Shown here: piece after piece, positions 11,271 through 19,406 of the stretch
Position numbering within the stretch: position 1 is the stretch's first letter
How the letters are laid out: every line of letters starts with the position of its first letter
Assembly: GCA_003482855.1 (NCBI GenBank)
Contig: DMXO01000002.1
Location: forward strand, 28,060-92,059
Direction of reading: 5' to 3'
DNA: 64,000 nucleotides
Origin: Candidatus Magasanikiibacteriota bacterium
GTDB lineage: Bacteria > Patescibacteriota > Patescibacteriia > Magasanikbacterales > UBA922
Translations under genes and position numbers: made by a program
The notes under the pieces: model-generated
Seen by the model: the letters and a program-made list of their open reading frames with translations, nothing else
Databases searched by the model: none
Told to the model about the DNA's origin: nothing

Positions 11271-12029
11271 TCATCTACTAATACGTAGTCGCGGATCAAT
11301 TTCTTTCATATTTTTCATCATTGGATGCATCGGCATGAGATGAGGGCGAATAATTTCTGCCTCAAACATATGATCACCAGTCACTTCTCCAGCACATTTG
11401 ATAAGCATCCCAACTTGAAGCGAAGGAATAGATGGAGGAAAACGTACATCTACAATATTTACGGTCCAAACTTCTTGTTCAATGTCATTGAGTATAATTA
11501 TCTTGTCATCTTGAATTTCAGCAATCATACCAAGCAACAAACCCTGTTCTGGACTATGCCAGATCTCGTGACGCGGCTCAGACAATCGTCCATACAAAGG
11601 AGCATGGTCAACAAAAGTTTTTTCAGTGCGTTCTCCTACGCCGACTGTATACATTCCTATTCCAAGCACAATAGAAGCAACGAAATACGCGCCAATAATA
11701 ATAGGCAGGGTCACCCTATAACCACCTTCGATATGCCTCACTTCATAATATGCAATTATAACAAACAAGACAAACACAGCAATCCAGAAATATGGCAATA
11801 CAAACAAAAGCACATGCCACATCCCTCCAGCTCTCCCTGTCAAATCCCAGTCTTGATTGAGCAGAACAAATAATATAGCTGACACGGTGATTGCCCCAAT
11901 GACAATAGAGACTACACCTGCACCCCAAAATGCGTAATTTTTTGCAAGAAAACTAAACCGGGACTTCGGTTTTATATCTTTGATTTTGTCCAAAATTTTA
12001 TCTGTAATTGTATTATGTTCTTGTTCCAT
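11271..12029 (-). CDS. Membrane protein, putative anti-sigma factor
   Basis: Overlaps the 3' end of the ECF sigma gene, several TM helices. Typical sigma/anti-sigma arrangement. Confidence 0.4.
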   Translation of the reverse strand: MEQEHNTITDKILDKIKDIKPKSRFSFLAKNYAFWGAGVVSIVIGAITVSAILFVLLNQDWDLTGRAGGMWHVLLFVLPYFWIAVFVLFVIIAYYEVRHIEGGYRVTLPIIIGAYFVASIVLGIGMYTVGVGERTEKTFVDHAPLYGRLSEPRHEIWHSPEQGLLLGMIAEIQDDKIIILNDIEQEVWTVNIVDVRFPPSIPSLQVGMLIKCAGEVTGDHMFEAEIIRPHLMPMHPMMKNMKEIDPRLRISR

Positions 12030-12573
12030 ATAATTTTTTAAATTGTTTTTTTGCTCGGTTGATAAGTGTCCCTACAGTGCCTATTGGTTTTTTCAAAATG
12101 TCTGAAATTTCATTATAATCTTTTTCTTCCAAAAACTTGAGAACGAGCGCTTCTCTATATTTTTTATCCATCTTCGAAAGAGTTACATTGATGTCGTCTT
12201 GCAACACATGCATGTCTACCTCATGAGACATATCGAGTCCATCTGCGATACGTGCGAGATCTTCATCTTGTACATAATAAAGAGGACGTACATTTCTCTT
12301 GCGCAATTCACTTATTGCTTCATTGTGTGCGACACGATATATCCAAGACGAGAATTTAAGTTTAAGGTCAAAACCATTCAAATTATAGTATACTTTCACC
12401 AATACTTCCTGCAACACGTCTTCGGCATCTTCATAGTCTAAGCCTGAGATACGCTTGATATATGATAACAATTTTCCTTTGTAACGTTCTATGATATACG
12501 CAAAATACTCCTGATTTTGGAGGGTTAATTCTACCAGTTCATTGTCGGTTTTTTCGGCCAATGATACAGTCAT
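12013..12573 (-). CDS. RNA polymerase sigma-70 factor, ECF subfamily
   Basis: 186 aa, region 2 and region 4 motifs (YRVAHNEAISELRK..., KDYNEISDILKKPIGTVGTLINRAKKQ). Confidence 0.8.
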   Translation of the reverse strand: MTVSLAEKTDNELVELTLQNQEYFAYIIERYKGKLLSYIKRISGLDYEDAEDVLQEVLVKVYYNLNGFDLKLKFSSWIYRVAHNEAISELRKRNVRPLYYVQDEDLARIADGLDMSHEVDMHVLQDDINVTLSKMDKKYREALVLKFLEEKDYNEISDILKKPIGTVGTLINRAKKQFKKLYGTRT

Positions 12574-12627
12574 AGTTCTTATATAGTACGCATAGTATGG
12601 CTGATTTATTTCAAATGGACAATAGCA

Positions 12628-12996
12628 TTGTTTTCCAAACTAAAATCTGATAAAATTTCTTATATGGATATCTTCATCAAAAGTCTTGCCTCAGCAGCTG
12701 CGACAGCAGTCATTTTGCTTATTGCCAAATTCTCTAGCCCAAAACTAGCAGGAGCTATTGGGGGCATTCCTATTGTATTTGTCGTATCATACATCTTGGT
12801 TACCATGAGCAATAGAGGCGCGTCTCGTGAATTCCTTGTCGGAGGAATCTATGGGGCTATAGGTGCTATATGTTTTAGTCTTGTCCTCCTGTGGCTCAAT
12901 GTCCAATTTGTCAAAACATTTTGGCTCAACCTCCTCATTGCATATAGTATCTGCTTCGTAATTGCACTAATTCTCGTACATATCACATCAAAATAA
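12628..12996 (+). CDS. Hypothetical integral membrane protein
   Basis: 122 aa, four hydrophobic segments. Confidence 0.35.
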   Translation: MFSKLKSDKISYMDIFIKSLASAAATAVILLIAKFSSPKLAGAIGGIPIVFVVSYILVTMSNRGASREFLVGGIYGAIGAICFSLVLLWLNVQFVKTFWLNLLIAYSICFVIALILVHITSK

Positions 12997-13218
12997 ATGG
13001 ACATCAAACCCGGCATCTACCGCCACTACAAAGGAAAAGAATATCGTGTACATTTTGTTGCTAAACACAGTGAAACACTAGAAAAATTTGTCGTATACGA
13101 AACTCTGTATGACAATCCTGAAAGCAAATTTTGGATTAGACCCATAGAATTGTTCACAGACAATGTCAAATGGAATGGAGATATAGTTCCCCACTTCACA
13201 TTTGTACGGGAAGAATAA
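12997..13218 (+). CDS. DUF1653-family small protein
   Basis: 73 aa, YRHYKGKEY...VVYETLY...FWIRPIELF pattern typical of DUF1653. Confidence 0.5.
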   Translation: MDIKPGIYRHYKGKEYRVHFVAKHSETLEKFVVYETLYDNPESKFWIRPIELFTDNVKWNGDIVPHFTFVREE

Positions 13219-13300
13219 AATCCGCTAACAGCGGATTTTTTAATCAGTGTAATCTATTTTAATCCCTGCCTGTCGGCACAGACAGGAGTCTAAATCGATG

Positions 13301-14506
13301 CTATCCAAACATCAACCACCCTGGTTTGAAGATAAGAAGCAACCCCAAAATAAATATGAGAGCGCCACCAATAAGATTGGTATATTTTGCGTACTTGCCC
13401 CCAACCACTTTTGACTTGAGCGTTACCATAGCAAGTATAAAAATCACCATATCATCAAACATGTAGAATACGATATACCCAAACATGTACAAGTAACGTT
13501 GCCACATAGGCAAATCATTTATCGCAAGTACTTGGGTAAATATAGCAGGAAATCCTGCAGAACATGCAAGCTCGACCAAATTTACAGAAAAACCCAAAAT
13601 AATAATACCCAAAATAGACCACCACAGACTCTTGCGATGCACAATATCTTTTATTTTTTCAAATGTCTTCTTGGTGCCCTCTTTGCCAGATACTTTGCAG
13701 ACTACGCCGTCTGACTTTCTATTTTTCCACCAATCACGCAACTGCATACCACCAACACCTGTGGCGACAAGACCTATGACCACACGCACAACCACAATCA
13801 TACCAATAAACATGAGGAATTGAAGCCATGCAGCCATGAAAATGAAATACACAAGCCCAGACGTAACAATAAAAATGCTTCCCAAAAGCCACATACGCTT
13901 CTTGTTTTGCATACCAAGAAGAAGTGAAATCAAAAACAAGAGCACCCACATGGCGCACGGATTGAATCCGTCGAGGAAACCAAGCACAACGGTCAAAATA
14001 GGAAGCGAAAAAGATGTAGCGTCTATCCTACCAAGCACAGGCACATTGATACATTCTTTGCCGTCTTCACAGGCTTGTGAATCTGTATTTTGTTGTTGTA
14101 TGAGGCCTCTGCCAGTCAGTTTACTCTCTACAATTCCCATAATTTGTTTGCCTGTCGTATCGTCATTGCCATACCCGTATACCACTTCTCCATCTATGAC
14201 CGCGACAGGAACCCCCCCGCCTCTGACATTGTAGTATTGTTGATACTGAGCAAATATTTTTTGATTTTCAACACTACTCACCTCGTACATTTTGAGATCA
14301 ATATAATTCCCATACTTTGGGATAAGTTTCCTCTCAATAAATTTGATCTCATCCCGACAGTGGGGACACGTTTCAAGATGAAACAAAACATATTCTATCT
14401 TTTGTCCTTCGGTGTCCTCAGGAACACCTTCTGCACGCACCAAAGAATTTCCAAAAACAAAAAAACTCATCAAAAAAAGAATACCATATAAAAATAACTT
14501 TCTCAT
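13301..14506 (-). CDS. Thioredoxin-fold (CxxC) domain fused to DsbD/CcdA-type transmembrane disulfide-transfer domain
   Basis: Signal peptide, CPHC motif, then polytopic TM region with a DGFNPC motif. Confidence 0.55.
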   Translation of the reverse strand: MRKLFLYGILFLMSFFVFGNSLVRAEGVPEDTEGQKIEYVLFHLETCPHCRDEIKFIERKLIPKYGNYIDLKMYEVSSVENQKIFAQYQQYYNVRGGGVPVAVIDGEVVYGYGNDDTTGKQIMGIVESKLTGRGLIQQQNTDSQACEDGKECINVPVLGRIDATSFSLPILTVVLGFLDGFNPCAMWVLLFLISLLLGMQNKKRMWLLGSIFIVTSGLVYFIFMAAWLQFLMFIGMIVVVRVVIGLVATGVGGMQLRDWWKNRKSDGVVCKVSGKEGTKKTFEKIKDIVHRKSLWWSILGIIILGFSVNLVELACSAGFPAIFTQVLAINDLPMWQRYLYMFGYIVFYMFDDMVIFILAMVTLKSKVVGGKYAKYTNLIGGALIFILGLLLIFKPGWLMFG

Positions 14507-14607
14507 ACAAAAATAGTATTATTAAACTAACAGGACGTAGTATACAAAATATATATTGAAATGACAAGACCACCAATAAGGTGGTCTTGTGTGTTTGGGA
14601 AAGTAAT

Positions 14608-15453
14608 TTATTTAAGTCCAAGCTCTGTGGCTGCTTTCTTGTAGCTTGTCAAACTAAGGTTGCTTGCAGCTGACAAATCAAACAATTTATTGTGCATCTC
14701 AAGCCATTTACCCTGTTCTTTGGCGCATTCAAATGCCTCAGCTGCCTTTTGTGCATTAGCATGAAATGATAGAGGGAAATGACGATAGGTAAACTTAATT
14801 TTGTCGCTATATTCTGCAAGAAGTTGTTCTATGCTTGGTTCAAAATTTGCACAATAAGGACATTCAAAATCTGAGAATTCTACTACAGTCACCGAAGCAC
14901 TTTCATTGCCTGCCCATTCAACATTGGGTAATTCTGGCATATCTACTTTTACAATCTTTCCTGTCTCACGATCTTTCATAAAATCAAAATCTGGAGTATT
15001 GCCTGCAAGTACGGTATCTACGACTTGTTTGAGTGCACTATATGGCAATGCTCCACTCAAGAGATATCCATTGATAAATGTAGCAGGTGTACCATTGACA
15101 CCAAGACTAGCACCAAGTTGCATATCTGCTTTCACTGTGTTGGCGTACTTCCCATCGTCAAGACATGCGCTAAACTTTTCTGGTCCTGCTGCTACTTCAT
15201 CATCTATATTGGCAGCTGCATTGGCACGTGTAGGCATGCCACCTTTGATCATAATGCCCAGCAATAAAAAGAATCCTATAGTACACAGTACCATTGCTCC
15301 ACCTACGAGACCCACAAAAAAAGTCTGCTGTGGAGACATCATATCCCAAATATTTTTGGTTGCTTTTTGTTCTTCTGACATAGTAAGATTATATAAATTA
15401 TATATATTAATAGTAAGCTTGTAGATTATATCATATCCGTATGTATCGAGCAA
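14608..15453 (-). CDS. DsbA-family thiol:disulfide oxidoreductase, membrane-anchored
   Basis: N-terminal TM helix, FSDFECPYC active site, DsbA-like helical insertion. Confidence 0.8.
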   Translation of the reverse strand: MLDTYGYDIIYKLTINIYNLYNLTMSEEQKATKNIWDMMSPQQTFFVGLVGGAMVLCTIGFFLLLGIMIKGGMPTRANAAANIDDEVAAGPEKFSACLDDGKYANTVKADMQLGASLGVNGTPATFINGYLLSGALPYSALKQVVDTVLAGNTPDFDFMKDRETGKIVKVDMPELPNVEWAGNESASVTVVEFSDFECPYCANFEPSIEQLLAEYSDKIKFTYRHFPLSFHANAQKAAEAFECAKEQGKWLEMHNKLFDLSAASNLSLTSYKKAATELGLK

Positions 15454-15556
15454 TTAGTGGATAAATCATACACAGGTATATATGCATGACTTGACGATAT
15501 GCACGGTATATAATACCATATAAGTATTATTTATGTAAACATATAAACCCAATCTT

Positions 15557-16138
15557 ATGAAACACGAACTTAATAAACTCCTCTATTCGTTTGATGCGCT
15601 CGAACCATATATCGACGCACGGACCATGGAGATACACTATACAAAACATCACCAAGCATATTGTGATAATTTCAACAAAGCGCTTGAAAATTATCCCGAA
15701 CTACAAGAAAAAAAAGCAGAGGATATCCTCCGTGGCTTGAATAGCCTGCCCGTGTCCGAAGCTGATCGTGTAAAAATAAAAAACCATGGCGGAGGCTATG
15801 TCAATCACAATATTTTTTGGTCTATAATGGATCCGAAAAAAGAAACTGATTATAATCTAAAAATGAAAATCACTGAAACCTTTGGCTCAGTGGAAAAATT
15901 CAAAGAAGAATTTTCCAATACTGCCAAAATGTTGTTCGGCTCGGGCTGGGTATGGTTGGTGCGCGACAAAAATGACAAACTAGAAATTTGCGCCCTGCCC
16001 AATCAAGATTCCCCTCTCACGCTCGGACATGAACCTATACTTGCACTTGATGTATGGGAACATGCCTATTATCTCAAATATCAAAATAAACGTGCGGAAT
16101 ATATAGAAAACTGGTGGAATGTGGTGAAAATCATATAA
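15557..16138 (+). CDS. Superoxide dismutase, Fe/Mn family
   Basis: HHxxY N-terminal motif (HYTKHHQAY), C-terminal DVWEHAYYLKYQNKRAEY signature. Confidence 0.92.
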   Translation: MKHELNKLLYSFDALEPYIDARTMEIHYTKHHQAYCDNFNKALENYPELQEKKAEDILRGLNSLPVSEADRVKIKNHGGGYVNHNIFWSIMDPKKETDYNLKMKITETFGSVEKFKEEFSNTAKMLFGSGWVWLVRDKNDKLEICALPNQDSPLTLGHEPILALDVWEHAYYLKYQNKRAEYIENWWNVVKII

Positions 16139-16142
16139 GCGC

Positions 16143-16177
16143 TTAAGCACTGGAGCACAAAATCACTGAAGCACTCT
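16143..16177. repeat. AAGCAC-motif intergenic repeat element (copy 1)
   Basis: aagcactggagcacaaaatcactgaagcac, about 85% identical to 31728-31757. Confidence 0.5.
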
Positions 16178-16199
16178 CTTGGTATGGGAGTGTTTTTTG

Positions 16200-16228
16200 T
16201 TGACAAAAACATATAAATTTGCTAACTT
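16200..16228 (+). promoter_or_regulatory. Sigma70-like promoter P1 of GC-rich island A (TTGACA-17-TAACTT)
   Basis: Perfect -35 hexamer, exactly 17-nt spacer, TAnnnT -10. Confidence 0.45.
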
Positions 16229-16276
16229 AATGTCCGTATTCATCCGCCAAATGGTGGGTTTCTCAAAGGAGGACCG

Positions 16277-16489
16277 ATGTCCCAGGACTCGCGCCACCGC
16301 CAGATCAGGCTCGTGACCCCCAACCCCCGCCGGAACGAGGTCAACACGCATATGTGCGAGCTGACCACCTGTGTCTGTCGCGGCAGGCGGGCAGCGTTGA
16401 CCTTCCGTCATGTGGAAGGCACACTCGCTTGGCTCTGCCCGAGCGCCAGCCGGCAGATCGACGCCACCACCTCGCGGCGGGTGGGCTGA
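16277..16489 (+). CDS. Island A gene 1: small Cys-containing protein (70 aa), unknown function
   Basis: AAGGAGG SD 4 nt upstream of ATG. High GC with G/C-rich third positions, in contrast to the AT-rich backbone. Cys at CELTTCVC and WLCP. Confidence 0.5.
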   Translation: MSQDSRHRQIRLVTPNPRRNEVNTHMCELTTCVCRGRRAALTFRHVEGTLAWLCPSASRQIDATTSRRVG

Positions 16490-16502
16490 CAAGGTCAACA
16501 GA

Positions 16503-16621
16503 GCCACAAGTCGAAGGAGGGAACGGTTTTGCAAGCGTGTATGCACGCCTTCAAAACCCAAAAGCCTATATGGCACACAAGGGAGGACGCATCGCTTGTA
16601 GATCCGCGTCCTCCTTCGACT
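16503..16621 (+). other. Structured inverted-repeat element unit 1 (agtcgaaggagg ... cctccttcgact)
   Basis: Perfect 12-bp terminal inverted repeat enclosing about 90 nt with internal hairpins. Left arm contains an SD-like GAAGGAGG. Begins right after the stop codon of gene 1. Confidence 0.55.
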
Positions 16622-16682
16622 ACTATCTTCAGCAAAATGATGAGAATAGTAGTAAAAACCACTCCAAGTAGTACTCGGCGTG

Positions 16683-16711
16683 GTTTTTTTGTTGACAAAT
16701 TCTTCTCTATA
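16683..16711 (+). promoter_or_regulatory. Sigma70-like promoter P2 of island A (TTGACA-17-TAATCT)
   Basis: Perfect -35, 17-nt spacer, TAnnnT -10. Embedded in an AT-rich spacer between the two GC-rich genes. Confidence 0.45.
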
Positions 16712-16762
16712 CATTAATCTCTCACTTGTCGCTTCAACCGCCATCACCACAGGAGGTGAAAG

Positions 16763-17161
16763 ATGGCAGGTAGCATGGTTTCGGTGAACATGGTACTCAT
16801 GGGCAAAGACTTCCAGATGGAAGTCACTGGGGTTCTCCACTCGTCGCGTGCGATGCGACAGAATGGGGGATCCCGACGTGGGACCGTCCTGATCGGCCGG
16901 ATCATCCAGGGCGAGATGACCGTGATGGACGAGGTGTGGGTGCTCAGGAACTTCGACCCCAACACCGAACCGATCCACGACAGGGTCATCAGGATCGAGA
17001 CCAGTCGAGCCTCCAGAGACAAGGCTGGCGTGAACACGATGGTCGGGGTCTGTCTGAGTGTCTCTTCCATGGGCGACATCATCGGGCGCGCGGCCGCCCG
17101 CGCCTACGACGCGGCTATGATCGAGCAGCGGCGCCAGATGCCGCCGCGTCCGGTGGCGTAG
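16763..17161 (+). CDS. Island A gene 2: 132-aa protein resembling a standalone EF-Tu domain-II-like beta-barrel
   Basis: AGGAGGTG SD 4 nt upstream. GTVLIGRIIQGEMTVMDEVWVL ... RVIRIETSRASRDKAGVNTMVGVCLSV pattern parallels EF-Tu domain 2 (GTVVTGRVERG..VG.EVEIV ... AGDNVGVLLRGV). High GC3. Confidence 0.5.
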   Translation: MAGSMVSVNMVLMGKDFQMEVTGVLHSSRAMRQNGGSRRGTVLIGRIIQGEMTVMDEVWVLRNFDPNTEPIHDRVIRIETSRASRDKAGVNTMVGVCLSVSSMGDIIGRAAARAYDAAMIEQRRQMPPRPVA

Positions 17162-17280
17162 CCACAAGTCGAAGGAGGGAGTGGTGACGATGGCAACAGC
17201 CTCAATCACCGCACGGCCCGATATTACATCGGGCAACGCAACAAGGAAGGCGCGTACGTTCATCGCGCCCTCCTTCGACT
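17161..17280 (+). other. Structured inverted-repeat element unit 2 (same 12-bp arms as unit 1)
   Basis: Starts at the stop codon of gene 2. Same gccacaagtcgaaggaggga left end and cctccttcgact right end as unit 1, with a different interior that has its own hairpins. Contains ATG 17190 after the SD (37-codon ORF running into AT-rich DNA). Confidence 0.55.
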
Positions 17281-17312
17281 GTTTTGATTATCAAATTTGG
17301 TAATAAGAATAG

Positions 17313-17344
17313 CAAAAAGAACCCTTAGTAAGGGTTCTTTTTAA
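17313..17344. terminator. Bidirectional hairpin terminator (agaaccctt agta agggttct + T-run)
   Basis: 9-bp stem with 4-nt loop flanked by A and T runs. Confidence 0.55.
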
Positions 17345-17359
17345 TGCGCTTATTTCTGT

Positions 17360-17848
17360 TTACTCTCTATAACAATCACCCATCATATCTCGAGGAAAAT
17401 CTGCCAATTCAAGAGGTTCACATGGTATTGTACCATTACCATCATGTACAATAATCCACTCACCTGTTATGGAATCTCTAACTGAGAAAAAAATACCTCC
17501 TTCACCAACTTCAGATTCATCTGGATTAATAAAACCTACCTGTCCTCGCACAAATGTATTATCTCTTGCAAGTCCTATTTCAATACGTACACCATCTGAG
17601 GGACGGCCATATTTCAGTACGAACGCCTGACGCAATTCATTTTCCAACGTTGCCCGTTCACTTGTCCGAGACGTACTGGTAGTGTCTAATGCGGTACTGC
17701 TAGTATCACTCATCTCTGGTTGTCCCACTGAATTTTCTCTAGATGCCGCACCCCCATTATTATTCCCTGTCTCATAAGGTACAGGGTTACATGCTGCACC
17801 AAGTAGGAATACTAATACAAAGATTCCCCCTATATAAATATATTTCAT
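17360..17848 (-). CDS. Hypothetical lipoprotein/secreted protein
   Basis: N-terminal hydrophobic signal with GAACNP lipobox-like site, Ser/Thr-rich linker. Confidence 0.4.
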   Translation of the reverse strand: MKYIYIGGIFVLVFLLGAACNPVPYETGNNNGGAASRENSVGQPEMSDTSSTALDTTSTSRTSERATLENELRQAFVLKYGRPSDGVRIEIGLARDNTFVRGQVGFINPDESEVGEGGIFFSVRDSITGEWIIVHDGNGTIPCEPLELADFPRDMMGDCYRE

Positions 17849-17873
17849 ATACCTATTTTAGAATCATTATCTC

Positions 17874-19316
17874 CTAATAATCACTCAACTTATTTATCAC
17901 ATCAAAACCTTTTATTTTCTCAAGCGCCTTGGCTTCTATCTGACGAATACGTTCACGTGTCACGCCAAACTCTTTGCCGACTTCCTCGAGCGTGTGTGTC
18001 ACGCCATCACTTAGTCCAAATCGCATCTCGAGAATCTTCTTTTCACGAGGTGAGAGATCTTGGATAGCAATCTGAATATAATCACGCAAAAGCTCTGCTC
18101 CTGCTGCTTGGGATGGACTAATATTTTTGACATCCTCAATAAAATCAGAAAGTGATGTATCATCATCGTCATCATCCCCTACTGATGTTTCGAGCGAGAC
18201 AGTATCTTGAGAAATTTTTATGATGTGCTTTACCTTTTCTATGTCCTCACCCATCTCAGCTGCGATTTCTTCTGGAGTGGCATCACGTCCCAAATCTTGC
18301 AAAAGCCTACGTGACACTTGCATGAGACGATTGATAGTCTCGACCATATGCACGGGAATACGAATCGTACGAGAATGATCTGCAAGAGCGCGTGTAATAG
18401 CTTGACGAATCCACCATGTCGCATACGTACTAAATTTGTATCCTTTGCGATAGTCAAATTTCTTTACTGCGCGAAACAAACCAATATTTCCCTCTTGGAT
18501 AAGATCAAGAAGTGATAACGACTTGCCTACAAATTTCTTTGCAATAGACACAACAAGGCGAAGATTTGCTTCGATCATTCTGCGTTCTGCATTTTTGTCT
18601 CCACGTTCTTTTGCTTTGGCAAGCGTGACTTCTTCTTCAGCACTGAGGAGTGATACCTTGCCTATTTCACGCAAATACATCTGGATAGAATCCTGAGATA
18701 TACTCCCAAGATCAAAAAATACTCCGGATTCCACATCGGGTTGTTCTCCTTGAAGTCCACTGATAACCTCTGTCTTTTGTTCACGACGACTGGCTCCAAG
18801 CAAACCCTCTTGTGCTTCAACAATCGCGACACTGTTTTTGTCGAGTAAACTCAAGAAAAATTCATACAAATCTACATAATGCTCCACCCGACTAAAAAGC
18901 ATCATGGTTTCCCGTTCTGTAAGAAAACCTCTATTTCGTCCTTTTTGCACGAGCTGAATAATCTGCTCTTCTGTCGGTGGGACAAATGGTTCTTCAACCA
19001 AAGGTTTACGATGCTCTGGTGTATAGAAAACACGCCTATCGTGAGATGACGTTCTCTTTTTTGTCTGTCCACCATGCGAGGTGGCTCCTCTTTTTTGTGT
19101 TACATCTTTTCGCAGTGTAACTTTTTTTTGCGAAGACTTCTTTGTTGTACTGCGAGAAGTCTTGGTACGCAGTGCCCGCGTAGATATGGTGCGGGTAGTT
19201 TTGGTACGAGCTATAGCTCGTTTTTTGGTGGCTGCCTTTTGGGCAGTTATTTTTTTGCGAGTAGTCTTTTGACTGGCTCTCGCTGTAGCCTTGGTTGTAT
19301 GTGTTTTCCGAGGCAT
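17874..19316 (-). CDS. rpoD: RNA polymerase primary sigma factor (sigma-70) with long basic N-terminal extension
   Basis: Regions 2-4 conserved ([28 protein letters not shown]-terminal HTH). Downstream of dnaG as in the canonical operon. Confidence 0.9.
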   Translation of the reverse strand: MPRKTHTTKATARASQKTTRKKITAQKAATKKRAIARTKTTRTISTRALRTKTSRSTTKKSSQKKVTLRKDVTQKRGATSHGGQTKKRTSSHDRRVFYTPEHRKPLVEEPFVPPTEEQIIQLVQKGRNRGFLTERETMMLFSRVEHYVDLYEFFLSLLDKNSVAIVEAQEGLLGASRREQKTEVISGLQGEQPDVESGVFFDLGSISQDSIQMYLREIGKVSLLSAEEEVTLAKAKERGDKNAERRMIEANLRLVVSIAKKFVGKSLSLLDLIQEGNIGLFRAVKKFDYRKGYKFSTYATWWIRQAITRALADHSRTIRIPVHMVETINRLMQVSRRLLQDLGRDATPEEIAAEMGEDIEKVKHIIKISQDTVSLETSVGDDDDDDTSLSDFIEDVKNISPSQAAGAELLRDYIQIAIQDLSPREKKILEMRFGLSDGVTHTLEEVGKEFGVTRERIRQIEAKALEKIKGFDVINKLSDY

Positions 19317-19324
19317 TGGAATTT

Positions 19325-19405
19325 GATTATTAGGTTTTAGGTATTAGGTATTAGGTATTAGGGGGTATCCCTAAAACCTAAACTTACCTAAAACCCAATA
19401 CCTGT
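19325..19405. repeat. Long imperfect inverted repeat built from tandem AGGTATT heptamers (dnaG-rpoD intergenic)
   Basis: (aggtatt)x3 on the left arm and (aatacct/aaaccta) complements on the right arm, centred on taggg-ggtat-ccctaa. Confidence 0.6.
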
Positions 19406-19406
19406 A

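Noticed and set aside
16529-16717. 62-aa ORF starting inside IR unit 1
   Set aside because: It runs from the GC-rich unit through the AT-rich spacer and across promoter P2, ending in its -10 box. More likely a structural element than a gene. Kept only as a possibility in finding 2.
16163-17263. 366-aa minus-strand ORF spanning island A
   Set aside because: Arg/Pro/Gly-rich translation typical of an antisense frame in GC-rich DNA. It overlaps two plus-strand genes that have strong SDs and promoters, and it has no start context.
16503-17280. Inverted-repeat units as integron attC sites
   Set aside because: No GTTRRRY/RYYYAAC core sites and no integron integrase in the window. Genes have their own promoters, unlike promoterless cassettes.
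19317-19406. Possible CRISPR array (short tandem repeats)
   Set aside because: Units are 7-nt heptamers without unique spacers. They form an inverted repeat, not a repeat-spacer array. No cas genes adjacent.
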